In this document: one piece after another, positions 48,941 to 60,644 of the stretch
How positions within the stretch are numbered: the stretch's first letter is position 1
Layout: each line of letters opens with the position of its first letter
NCBI RefSeq assembly: GCF_039654945.1
Contig: NW_027361739.1
Span: 10,168,001-10,232,000, forward strand
From: Dendrobates tinctorius
Taxonomy: Eukaryota
DNA length: 64,000 bases
Direction of reading: 5' to 3'
Notes under the pieces: generated by a model
Databases searched by the model: none
Told to the model about the DNA's origin: nothing
What the model saw: only the letters and a program-made list of their open reading frames with translations
Made by a program: the position numbers and the translations under genes

Positions 48941-51900
48941 CTAAGGAAATTGCAGATACAGTATTTCTTCTGAGCTTCTCTGTTGGTCGGCATGAGGCGC
49001 TAAGGAAAGAATATATTCAGTCAGTTGTCTAATGAGACATTCCTTTACATGTATGGACAGAACATGGACGACATAATATGCGGTATGATCAGTGACCACC
49101 ATCTTGAAGATGGTGACGGCAGTAGATCAGAAGTTGTTTTCGCTCCTTCTTTGTGCTGGGAGAAGCTGGAAAGAAAACACAGGCAGATAAGGGATCAATC
49201 ACACAATGTCCAGAGGAATCAAATCATTGAAATTACAGGAAAATTCCTTTAACCCAACAGCAATGTGACCTGATAGATTGTGAATGATTCTGGGCATAGT
49301 GTCACACTGCAGCACTGCAGGTAGCTGCAGAGTAGTGCAAACTCCACTAGATGGCAGCAGATTGGAGAATGAACAGAAGTCCTGCACAGAGCAGGGATAC
49401 AGGACTGCAGTGAGGCTACCACCAGGTGGCAACAGAATAGTCAGCAAGCCATGTCGATACCAGAGAGTAGTGAAGTACAGGGGAATTACAAACTCAGTCG
49501 GAGGGGAGCAAATAGGTCAGTGCTGGTCAGTAGAAGAGGTATCAGAAGGAAGACACAGAATCAGGTCAGAGCCAAAGACGAGTACTGGGGAATCCAAACA
49601 CCCAAGGACACACAGAGATGGGACGGGCAGGGATAGAGTACACAGACACAAGCAAAGTCAGCTAAACACAGCAGGACAATCCAGGGATTCTCCAGAGCCA
49701 GCTACACACGCCGTAGGCAGGAAATATAACTGACACTGCCTGCAGGATGCAGCGCAGAGAAATAGCATACCTGACACCTGAATGAGGCAGAGAAAAGTTA
49801 ACTGCTGACATGACCAGACAAGGGAAAGGAGAGACAGGAAAAACCCGGTCTGGATCATGACAGTACCCTCCTCTCAAGGGGGGCCACCGGACCCCCAGGA
49901 TAGCGTGCATGCAAAGCCCAGACCAACCGATCAGCATGGACTGATCGGGCCGGGACCCAAGATCGATCCTCAGAAATGTACCCCCTCCAATGTACCAAGT
50001 ACTGAAGCGAACTGCGAACCATCCGAGAATCAACATTCAGTTCCACTTCATACTCAGTTTGACCATCCATAGAGACAGGAGGCGGAGGGGATGGAGACGC
50101 AGCAGAAGAAGGTACAAATGACATAAGAAGTGACTGATGGAACACATTGGGGATACGAAGCGACGGAGTTAAGCGTAAGCGAAAGGCCACTGGATTGACA
50201 GTCTCAATGATCTCTTAAGGACCAATAAACATAGGACCCAGCTTAATGGAAGAAAGTTTCAGACGAATGTTCCCGGTAGACAATCACACCTGAAATATAG
50301 GTCCTACCGATCATTGCTTATCAGCAAAATGTTTCTGTTTGCCCTGAGTCACCTCAATGTTATTTTGGACCTCCCTCTATTCCTCCCCCAACCAAAATGG
50401 GGGTGAAAACCGTAGTTACAAGAAAAAGGAGAAGTGCCAGTGGACTGATTAACTCGATTATTAAATGCAAACTCAGCCACGGGCAACGAGGAACACCAAT
50501 CGTCCTGCTGAGACCTGGCAAGACACTGCAACATCTGTTCAAGTGACTGGTCCTCTCTGTCTGACAGTTGGTTTCGGGATGGTAGGCTGAGGAGAAGGTC
50601 AAGCTAATACCCAATCTTTTACAAAATGCCCTTCAAAATTTGGACACAAACTGCACCCCTCTATCAGACATCAAATTCAGAGGCACACCATGCAACCGCA
50701 CAGCATGCTTAATAAACAACTTCGATAGTGTTTCTGCGTTAGGTAGTCCTGCCAAAGGTACAAAATGCGCCTGTTTACTAACTCTGTCAACCACTACCCA
50801 GACTGTTATGAATGAGTCACCGTAAGAGGCAAAAGCAGAAATACAAGCTAAGTCCAGAAAACCAGAGAAGTTGGCAACTATCAGATTGCAGACCCCTGAA
50901 CCTATCAACACAACTAGCAGTAGCCGTGGGGGGTTCCTACGATGCCCTAGACCCCTCGATCACAGCCGGAGAATTACATAGGCCTAAAGAAAGAAAGGGG
51001 AAATCTAAACTGCCCCAGAGCAGACCCCAAAGCAATAGGCAGCCCCCAACATATAATGACGGTGAAGCAAGATGAAAACACTAACACAGACAGAAAGACA
51101 GACTGAGCAAAGACGGGGCCCAAAAACTACCTAGATAGGAAAGGACAGGAAGGCTGCTGTCTGCAATCTGCCAAAACCCTATCAAAGACATAAGCCAACA
51201 AGCTGATATGAAAAAGGCCCTGAAGCAGCTAGGCTTCAAAAACTAAATCAGCACTCAGGTATTTTCAGAAGACAGAGCTAAATGAATTCAGCACACCCCA
51301 GCAGGGAATGGCAGAAATCCAGAAAAACAAAGCAAAACAAAGTCAAGCACCAAAGCAAAAGGCCGAGCAGCAAACTTAACTTTAGAGGAGCAGGAATTCA
51401 GGCTGGTCTCCAAGGATCCCACAGAGAAATCACCCGCAGGGCAGAAGGGCGTCGGCAGCCTTATATCCAGTCAGTAACTCCACTCAGCCAGTCATCATCA
51501 TCAGCCTCAGGTGTTTGATAATCAGGCTCACTACCTTTCTTTACCAGAAGAGGGAGTTCCTCGGGCCTCAGTAATGAAGGGGAAAATGAACTCACAGTAC
51601 CTCCCCATTGAGGAGGGGTCACCGAACCCTCAACTACGCCACCAGGGCGATCAGGGTGAGCCCGATTAAAGGCACGCACCAATCTTTTGGCATGAATATC
51701 AGAGGCAGAGACCCAGGAATTATCCTCCTGACCATAACCCTTCCACTTAACCAAATACTGGAGTCTCCGTCTAGCCAGACGGGAATCCAGGATCTTCTCT
51801 ACCTCATATTCCATGTTACCTTCAACCAATACAGGGTCTGGAGGTGCCACCCCCGGAACAACAGGTTCAACAAACCTCTTCAACAAAGATTTATGGAACA

Positions 51901-52290
51901 CATTATGGATTTTAAATGTGACAGGAAGAAGCCAACAACCTATATAGCATATACGGATATTCATAGAAAACAATGAAAACCTACTCGACAAATGAATAAA
52001 CCAAATTAAATAGAAGTCCAAATTATAAAGACTTAAAAAAATGTTTTATTAATTACACAAAAAACCAGACAAAAGGACATAATGCAATACCATAAAATGT
52101 CATAATACATGAAGGTAATTACTAAGTAGACACATAAGCCATAAATAAATATAGTGATCATAAAAATTCCATCCGCAATAAAGTGCATATAATAAACAGG
52201 TAAAGAGTAGAAAAACTCAAATAAAGTGCATAGGAAATGTAATAAGATCAAAGATACCCGTGATCAATGGCTACATGCGTCTCCAGCTCC

Positions 52291-52330
52291 CTCCAACGTA
52301 CGTTTCGCCTACCGTGGCTTTCTCAAGGAG
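52291..52330 (-). ncRNA. Hammerhead variant (U3-A8 core) in the inverted pLTR
   Basis: Reverse complement of 53153-53192. Confidence 0.65.
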
Positions 52331-53152
52331 TGAGGTAATAGTGCAAAGGGGGAAATATTTATATGTAACCCAAGCCAATGGAGATTCTTGGTTCCCATAT
52401 CAAAATAATCAAAAGAATAAATGTAAATAATAATAATCAAGCCCCATATTCAATATGAATAATATAATCAAGCCCCATATTCAATATGAATAATAATAAT
52501 TCAATATGAATAATATGAATATGAATGAATAATATGAATATGAATAATCAATAATCAATAATCAAGCCCCATATTCAATATGATGTCTCCCAGACTGAAC
52601 ACATATGCCAAAGATAAGAAGGAAAAAATGTCCACATAAGATAATAACCAAGTGCGTTCCAGCGTGGAGCGCACGCCGCAGCCACCATGAAAGTAATCGG
52701 AAGTGTCTCAGATAATGCGCCCAATACTGCTAGCGGGAAGCCGGAACCCAGAGGTGACGCCCACCCGCTCAGAAGAATCAACAGAGCGGAGACAACTACG
52801 CCCATTCAGAGGGGAACAGCACGTCACCATTACCAAAGCATTTTAAGTTATTCCATCAAAGTAATGAATTATTATTAAAGGTACGAGGGATTGATCATGT
52901 CATATTGAACTCTAGAGGAGGGGATATCAAGAGACGCCTCGCGCAAATTGAGACTAAGTGGATTTTTAGATTGGATACTATTGCACCCAAGGGCCTCAAC
53001 GAACAGTTATCTTTTAATGCGTTTTTATAAATGGTTTATTAATCTGATTTATTTTTTGTCTTCCCTTTTTTTGATTATTTTGATATGGGAACCAAGAATC
53101 TCCATTGGCTTGGGTTACATATAAATATTTCCCCCTTTGCACTATTACCTCA

Positions 53153-53192
53153 CTCCTTGAGAAAGCCACGGTAGGCGAAACGTACGTTGGAG
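53153..53192 (+). ncRNA. Hammerhead variant (U3-A8 core) in the upstream pLTR
   Basis: CUCC-UUGAGAA-A-GCC acggua GGC-GAAA-CGUACG-UU-GGAG. Confidence 0.65.
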
Positions 53193-53645
53193 GGAGCTGG
53201 AGACGCATGTAGCCATTGATCACGGGTATCTTTGATCTTATTACATTTCCTATGCACTTTATTTGAGTTTTTCTACTCTTTACTCTTTACAGGTACCTCT
53301 TTACCTGTTTATTATATGCACTTTATTGCGGATGGAATTTTTATGATCACTATATTTATTTATGGCTTATGTGTCTACTTAGTAATTACCTTCATGTATT
53401 ATGACATTTTATGGTATTGCATTATGTCCTTTTGTCTGGTTTTTTGTGTAATTAATAAAACATTTTTTTAAGTCTTTATAATTTGGACTTCTATTTAATT
53501 TGGTTTATTCATTTGTCGAGTAGGTTTTCATTGTTTTCTATGAATATCCGTATATGCTATATAGGTTGTTGGCTTGTTTATATACCCTCGTTTTCTTGGG
53601 TAATTTAACCACTAAGTTGTGCTCTTTTTTTCTGCTTTCTTTAAG

Positions 53646-56600
53646 ATGGATCTCCGTTCTCTTGAGGCCAATTGGCTCTTACAGGCAGAAAATGTTTTTA
53701 AAGGGGAACCAGTACAGGACAATTCTAACCATAATAATATACGTGAGCTCAAAAGCAAACTCAAGAATTGTTTCCACCGTAGAATAAAAATTTGGTGGAA
53801 TAAAGTTTTTTTAGAAAATTATTTAAGTAAAAATCTTATTCCTAGAGGTTTAAGGGTGCAGTTGTTTCCTTCTTATGGAAGAGATGATGCTAAATTCTCA
53901 TCAGCATGGGAGAATATCTGTAATACCTGTTCTCGTTCCTTTTTGTCATTGATAGTTGAGTATAACTCTCAGTCTTTACCTATACTTGAGAAGGAGATTG
54001 AGGGGCTTAATATGGACCTCAGTAAATTGATTACACCTGCTGAGACTGAGAAATTTAGAAAAGAATTGGAGGATCTACATTTAACTTGGGAAAAACAAAT
54101 TAAAGATGTAAAGACAAAAAAATATACTAGGGACCTATCAGATGCAGAGAATAATAGGGTGTATAAATGGAAGCTCCCTTCAAGACAGAATAGGAAGAGG
54201 AGTAACTCTATGACTTCATCCACATCTATGGAATCCTCTCATTCTGGCCTTGGACGAAGCTATAATACAAGGAACCGCAAGCGGAAGAACAACCCTACAC
54301 GGGTGTCTCCAATCCGGAAAAAAGATACCCCAGGCCCGAGCGGTGTGTCGTCTAACAAGGTAATAAATCTATCCAATATTGATTTGACGCCTCAGCAGAT
54401 CGAAGTTTTAGATTTGGGGCTTAGTTTTTCACCAACTGCTAAATTTGACACGTTTTTAGCAGTAAAAGATCTACATCTCTTTGCCCGTAGACTCCTTCTT
54501 AAAAAATTACACCACAGGACAAATGATAGAATGGATAAGGAATTTGAAACTGAGGAAGAGATAGAGGCATTGGAAACATTAAACGAATTACTTTTGGAAC
54601 AGGAGCCCATAGAGAAGGGTAAGTTTCCTAGAGCTTTGGTTCCCAAATCTAAAAAATTTCCACCTCTTACTTTAAATGCCAATATTGATTTATTTGTCAA
54701 ATTGGTCAGTTTGGATTTGAAAAACATATCTACTGGTATCTCTGATTACAATTGCACCTTGGATCAGAAGAAAGCAATCAAAGAACTTTCCACAAGAACA
54801 GATGTAGTTATAAAACCATCAGATAAAGGTGGTAATACTGTAATCTGGCCATGTAATATGTATGAGAAGGAGGTGTATAAATTGTTGAGGGATACCAAGT
54901 GCTATAGGAGACTTACTTTTAATCCCCTTAATTCTTTCTGTTCACAGTTGAAAGATATTTTGACTAAAGCAGTTGATTCCTCAGTCATTACCAGAAAACA
55001 GATGGAATATTTGATTATGGACCATCCCACTATTGCGACATTTTACATACTCCCCAAGGTACACAAAAATGTTTTGTGTCCTCCTGGCCGCCCGATTGTG
55101 GCAGGCAATAATAATTTTTGCGAGCCTATTTGTAAATTAATTGACTATGTTCTCCATCCTTTGGTAGAAACCCTACCTTCTTATTTGAAGGATACAAATG
55201 ATGTTTTACGAAAAATGGATGGCCTACAGTTGGAAGAGGATATGTTCCTGGTGACTTGTGACATCGAATCTCTTTACACATCCATAAGACATGAAGATGG
55301 ACTGTTTGCCGTCAATCATTTTCTGTCGATGTCCAATGAAGATGGTGAGTTTTGCGAATTCATCATGTGTCTCCTCCAGTTTGCACTCACCCATAATTTT
55401 TTTATTTTTTCTGATCAGTTTTTCCTACAGCTCCAGGGCACAGCTATGGGGGCAGCTTTTGCGCCCTCATATGCTAATTTGTTCCTGGGGCTGTGGGAGA
55501 GAAGAATTTTTCCGACTGATTCTACACCTTTGGTGGATAGGGTGCAATACTGGGGGAGATACATTGATGATATTCTTTGTATTTGGCAGGGTTCCTTGGA
55601 TGAATTACACACATTTATGGACCATCTAAATGAAAACGATTTGAATCTACATTTGACTTACAAAGCGGGAAGATCCAATGTTGAATTTCTGGATGTTTTA
55701 CTCCAAGTGGATGATGCTGGTTTTGTCCATTCCGATGTGTTCCGTAAACCTACCTCGACAAATAGTCTCTTACATTTCTCTTCTTCCCATCAACGTAGTC
55801 TCATTCGTGGTATACCTGTGGGACAATTCTTACGTATGCGACGTATTTGTTCAAAGGAAGAACTGTTTGAAAAACAGAGTAGGGATCTAAGTACGAGATT
55901 TAGAGAAAGAGGATATCCTGATGCATATATTGAGCAAGGCTATTGGCGAGCGAAAAGAACTGAATGCTTATCGGCACTTCATAAACGCAAATCCAGTATT
56001 CAGACCTCTGATAAGGTACGCTATATTCAAACTTTTAATTGTAAGTGGCGTGAAATGAGTACTATTCTGACTAAACATTGGAAGGTTCTTCAGTTGGATC
56101 CGGTCCTTGCACAATATTTACCTCCAAAACCTGCCATTACATTTAGGAGATCTAGGAATATTCGTGATACACTTGTGCATAGTCACTATAAGAAGAAGGA
56201 GGTTAATGCGTTTGGATCACGAGGTCCTAAATGGGGTTGTCGTCCTTGTGGATCATGTGTAGCGTGTCCAAATATAGAGAGGTGTGAGGACTTCTCCAAT
56301 GCTGATGAGAATAGGTCTTTCCAAATTCTGCATCATATATCATGCACTACCACTGCAGTAATCTATTGTGCGAGCTGCCCTTGTAACCTAAAATATGTTG
56401 GTCTAACATCTAGGGAATTTAGGCGTAGGGTGAGAGAACATGTTTTGGATATCAAAGCAGCCAAAAATGTTTCTGATATCGACTCCCTTAAGACATTACC
56501 AAAGCATTTTAAGTTATTCCATCAAAGTAATGAATTATTATTAAAGGTACGAGGGATTGATCATGTCATATTGAACTCTAGAGGAGGGGATATCAAGAGA

Positions 56601-56696
56601 CGCCTCGCGCAAATTGAGACTAAGTGGATTTTTAGATTGGATACTATTGCACCCAAGGGCCTCAACGAACAGTTATCTTTTAATGCGTTTTTATAA
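53646..56696 (+). CDS. Penelope-like RT + GIY-YIG endonuclease, intact
   Basis: Motifs KPSDKGG, PKVHK, GRPIV, DIESLYT, GTAMG, RYIDD, a CxxCxxCxxC linker, VIY...YVG and GLNE. The ATG follows a polypyrimidine/AG acceptor. Confidence 0.95.
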   Translation: MDLRSLEANWLLQAENVFKGEPVQDNSNHNNIRELKSKLKNCFHRRIKIWWNKVFLENYLSKNLIPRGLRVQLFPSYGRDDAKFSSAWENICNTCSRSFLSLIVEYNSQSLPILEKEIEGLNMDLSKLITPAETEKFRKELEDLHLTWEKQIKDVKTKKYTRDLSDAENNRVYKWKLPSRQNRKRSNSMTSSTSMESSHSGLGRSYNTRNRKRKNNPTRVSPIRKKDTPGPSGVSSNKVINLSNIDLTPQQIEVLDLGLSFSPTAKFDTFLAVKDLHLFARRLLLKKLHHRTNDRMDKEFETEEEIEALETLNELLLEQEPIEKGKFPRALVPKSKKFPPLTLNANIDLFVKLVSLDLKNISTGISDYNCTLDQKKAIKELSTRTDVVIKPSDKGGNTVIWPCNMYEKEVYKLLRDTKCYRRLTFNPLNSFCSQLKDILTKAVDSSVITRKQMEYLIMDHPTIATFYILPKVHKNVLCPPGRPIVAGNNNFCEPICKLIDYVLHPLVETLPSYLKDTNDVLRKMDGLQLEEDMFLVTCDIESLYTSIRHEDGLFAVNHFLSMSNEDGEFCEFIMCLLQFALTHNFFIFSDQFFLQLQGTAMGAAFAPSYANLFLGLWERRIFPTDSTPLVDRVQYWGRYIDDILCIWQGSLDELHTFMDHLNENDLNLHLTYKAGRSNVEFLDVLLQVDDAGFVHSDVFRKPTSTNSLLHFSSSHQRSLIRGIPVGQFLRMRRICSKEELFEKQSRDLSTRFRERGYPDAYIEQGYWRAKRTECLSALHKRKSSIQTSDKVRYIQTFNCKWREMSTILTKHWKVLQLDPVLAQYLPPKPAITFRRSRNIRDTLVHSHYKKKEVNAFGSRGPKWGCRPCGSCVACPNIERCEDFSNADENRSFQILHHISCTTTAVIYCASCPCNLKYVGLTSREFRRRVREHVLDIKAAKNVSDIDSLKTLPKHFKLFHQSNELLLKVRGIDHVILNSRGGDIKRRLAQIETKWIFRLDTIAPKGLNEQLSFNAFL

Positions 56697-57737
56697 ATGG
56701 TTTATTAATCTGATTTATTTTTTGTCTTCCCTTTTTTTTTTTTGCTTTTTAGTTTGTACCTGTTCCGTGGAATTCTTTCATCCATCTGACTATTCATCTG
56801 ATACCTGTATTATATTATTTTGATATTTATAATGCTATACTTATATTTATATATGTCCATACACATATATGTATATATATATATTCCTTTTTTTATTTAT
56901 TTTTTTCACTCGATCGCACGTGTGTTTCACTGCACTTTTTATTTTTATTTTTATTTTTTTTATTCTTATTATATTTATGAAATTACTGTAATGTTTATAT
57001 ATTCATATGACTGCACATATTTCTCTATTGAAATGATATACACATTGTGATAGGATTCTGTATAGCTTACTGTCTTCTATTTCTTTTTATGTAAATTTTT
57101 GTTTGCCCCGGTTATTCCTATAATATCTATATCTGGGTTGTTTATATATGTTACTAATTGATATGATATAATTGTTTTAATCGTTATGATTATTTTTTGC
57201 TATATTATTTTGTATTTCTAATTGGAGCATATAATCTCCTCAATGTAATATGTATACTCCTCTGCATTTGCCATGTTTGAGCGTGTCCCTGTGACAACTC
57301 ACTCCCCCTCCCTTTGTAAGGGAGGAGTTATCTGTGTTTACATCTGGTGCTGCAGCACGTGGATGGTGACGTGCTGTTCCCCTCTGAATGGGCGTAGTTG
57401 TCTCCGCTCTGTTGATTCTTCTGAGCGGGTGGGCGTCACCTCTGGGTTCCGGCTTCCCGCTAGCAGTATTGGGCGCATTATCTGAGACACTTCCGGTTAC
57501 TTTCATGGTGGCTGCGGCGTGCGCTCCACGCTGGAACGCACTTGGTTATTATCTTATGTGGACATTTTTTCCTTCTTATCTTTGGCATATGTGTTCAGTC
57601 TGGGAGACATCATATTGAATATGGGGCTTGATTATTATTATTTACATTTATTCTTTTGATTATTTTGATATGGGAACCAAGAATCTCCATTGGCTTGGGT
57701 TACATATAAATATTTCCCCCTTTGCACTATTACCTCA

Positions 57738-57777
57738 CTCCTTGAGAAAGCCACGGTAGGCGAAACGTACGTTGGAG
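57738..57777 (+). ncRNA. Hammerhead variant (U3-A8 core) in the 3' pLTR
   Basis: Same sequence as 53153-53192. Confidence 0.65.
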
Positions 57778-58091
57778 GGAGCTGGAGACGCATGTAGCCA
57801 TTGATCACGGGTATCTTTGATCTTATTACATTTCCTATGCACTTTATTTGAGTTTTTCTACTCTTTACCTGTTTATTATATGCACTTTATTGCGGATGGA
57901 ATTTTTATGATCACTATATTTATTTATGGCTTATGTGTCTACTTAGTAATTACCTTCATGTATTATGACATTTTATGGTATTGCATTATGTCCTTTTGTC
58001 TGGTTTTTTGTGTAATTAATAAAACATTTTTTTAAGTCTTTATAATTTGGACTTCTATTTAATTTGGTTTATTCATTTGTCGAGTAGGTTT

Positions 58092-60644
58092 TCATGTGAC
58101 AGGAAGAGCCAAACGAAAAGAGACCGGATTAATAATCTCCACAATCTTGTAAGGTCCAATAAATCTAGGCTTAAGCTTAGGAGAAGCCACCTTCATAGCA
58201 ATATTTTTTGATGATAACCACACCATATCACCAACCTTAAACTGGGGACCAATGGTCCTATGTCGGTTGGAAAACCGCTGGGCCTTTTCCTGGGAGAGAG
58301 ATAACTTATCCACCACTTGGTCCCAGATCTGGTGCATTCTCTCCACCACAGTGTCAACACCTGGGCAGGCAGAGGGCTCCACCTGCGCTGAAGAAAATCG
58401 AGGATGAAACCCAAAGTTACAAAAAAAAGGTGACAAAGTGGCAGAACTAGCTCTATTATTTAAAGCAAATTCGGCCAAGGGCAAAAATGAAACCCAATCA
58501 TCCTGATCAGCAGAAATAAAACATCTCAAATATGACTCCAAGGTCTGGTTTGTTCTCTCTGTCTGCCCATTGGTCTGAGGGTGAAAAGCAGAGGAGAAGG
58601 ACAACTGAATTCCCAGCCTGGAACAGAAAGTTCTCCAAAATCTAGACACAAACTGGACTCCTCTGTCAGATACAATGTTCTCAGGAATCCCATGCAAACG
58701 AACCACCTGTTGTAAAAACAGGGGCACCAACTCAGAGGAAGACGGCAACTTAGGGAGTGGTACAAGATGAACCATCTTAGAGAACCTATCACAAATCACC
58801 CAAATAACAGTCATCCTCTGAGAGACAGGCATATCAGAGATGAAATCCATTGAAATATGGGTCCATGGCCTCTTGGGGACAGGCAAAGGCATCAACAACC
58901 CACTAGAGCAAGAACATGATTTAGACCGGGAGCACGTCCCACAGGACTGCACAAAATTCCTGACATCACGAGACAAGGAGGGCCACCAAAAAAACTGACT
59001 CACCAGATCTCTAGTACCAAAAATACCTGGATGACCAGCCAAAGCAGAGCAATGAACTTCAGACATCACTCTCTTCTTCCACTGGTCAGGAACATACAAC
59101 TTTCCACTGGGACAACGCTCAGGTTTGTCCTCCTGGAACTCTTCCAGAGCACGTCTCAAATCGGGCGAGATGGCAGAAAGAACTACCCCTTCGCCTAAGA
59201 TGGTAGCAGGCTTGGTCACCACAGGAGAATCAGCCAAGAAGCTCCTAGAGAGGGCGTCTGCCTTGACATTCTTTGTTCCAGGAAGAAAAGAAACCACAAA
59301 ATCAAAACGTGTAAAAAACAAGGCCCACCTAGCCTGTCTAGGGTTCAAGCGCTTAGCCGACTCTAGGTAAATCAAATTTTTGTGGTCAGTGAGGACCACG
59401 ACTTGGTGCTTAGCTCCCTCCAACCAATGTCTCCACTCCTCACATGCCCATTTCATGGCCAACAGTTCCCTATTCCCCACATCATAGTTACGTTCAGATG
59501 GGGAGAACTTTCGGGAAAAGAAAGCACAGGGATTCATTTTAGATGTTACAGGATCCTTTTGGGACAAAACAGCTCCTGCACCAATCTCAGAAGCATCCAC
59601 CTCTACCTGGAATGGAAGTGAGACATCAGGTTGCCGCAAAACCAGGGCGGAGGTGAATCTTCGCTTCAGCTCCTGAAAGGAAGAAACAGCCTCCGGAGAC
59701 CAATTTAACACATCAGCACCCTTTTTAGTCAAATCAGTCAATGGCTTGGCAATACTAGAAAATTTTGCTATAAATTTCCGATAAAAATTAGCAAAACCCA
59801 AAAACTTCTGTAGGGCCTTCAAAGAAGTGGGCTGAACCCAATCGTGAATGGCCTGTACCTTGGCCGGGTCCATTTCAATAGTTGACGGGGACAAAATAAA
59901 TCCCAAAAAAGAAATCCTCTGTACTCCAAAAAGGCATTTAGATCCTTTGACATACAGGGAATTCTCCCTCAAGATCCGGAACACAGTCCGAATATGTTCC
60001 ACATGAGAATCCCAATCCTTGGAGAAGATCAAAATATCATCCAGATAGATAATCAAAAATTTATCGACAAAATCTCGGAAAATATCGTTCATCAAGCACT
60101 GGAAGACAGAAGGGGCATTAGTGAGCCCAAAAGGCATCACCAGGTACTCAAAATGTCCCTCCGGAGTATTAAACGCCGTCTTCCATTCATCCCCATGCTT
60201 AATGCGAATAAGATTATACGCCCCCCTGAGGTCAAGCTTGGTAAACCAGCAAGCACCTTTAACTCTGGAGAATAGATCAGAAATCAGGGGTAACGGATAC
60301 TGATATTTAACAGTAATTTTGTTGAGGGCACGATAATCAATACAAGGTCTTAATGATCCATCCTTTTTGGCTACAAAAAAAAAACCGGCACCTAAGGGTG
60401 ACGAGGATGGTCTAATATGACCCTTCTCCAACGCCTCCTTAATATAGGATCGCATAGCCTCGTGCTCGGGTACAGATAAATTGAAGAGCCGACCCTTGGG
60501 AAATTTACACCCCGGGCTCAGTTCAATTGCACAGTCATAACTCCTATGAGGAGGCAGAGACGCAGACTCATTCTCACTAAATACATCATAAAAGTCCACC
60601 AAATAATCAGGAACATCATGCGACTGAGGAGAGGTGGAAAACAC
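58092..60644 (-). pseudogene. Gypsy Pol (RT-RNase H-integrase), cut by the Penelope insertion
   Basis: 850 aa with YLDD, DASE, HCSALAGHPG/CGTC and SDRGVQF motifs. Confidence 0.92.

Larger units (their letters stand above)
51930..58093 (+). mobile_element. Full-length Penelope-like element (Neptune-type) with an inverted 5' pLTR, a partial tandem pLTR and a 3' pLTR
   Basis: 14-bp TSD atgtgacaggaaga (51916-29 / 58094-107). Inverted copy 51930-~52830; direct pLTRs ~53070-53570 and ~57350-58093. Confidence 0.93.

Noticed and set aside
48574-49032. 152-aa hydrophobic plus-strand ORF
   Set aside because: Its Leu/Ser/Phe bias mirrors a purine-rich minus strand, and it has a non-ATG start.
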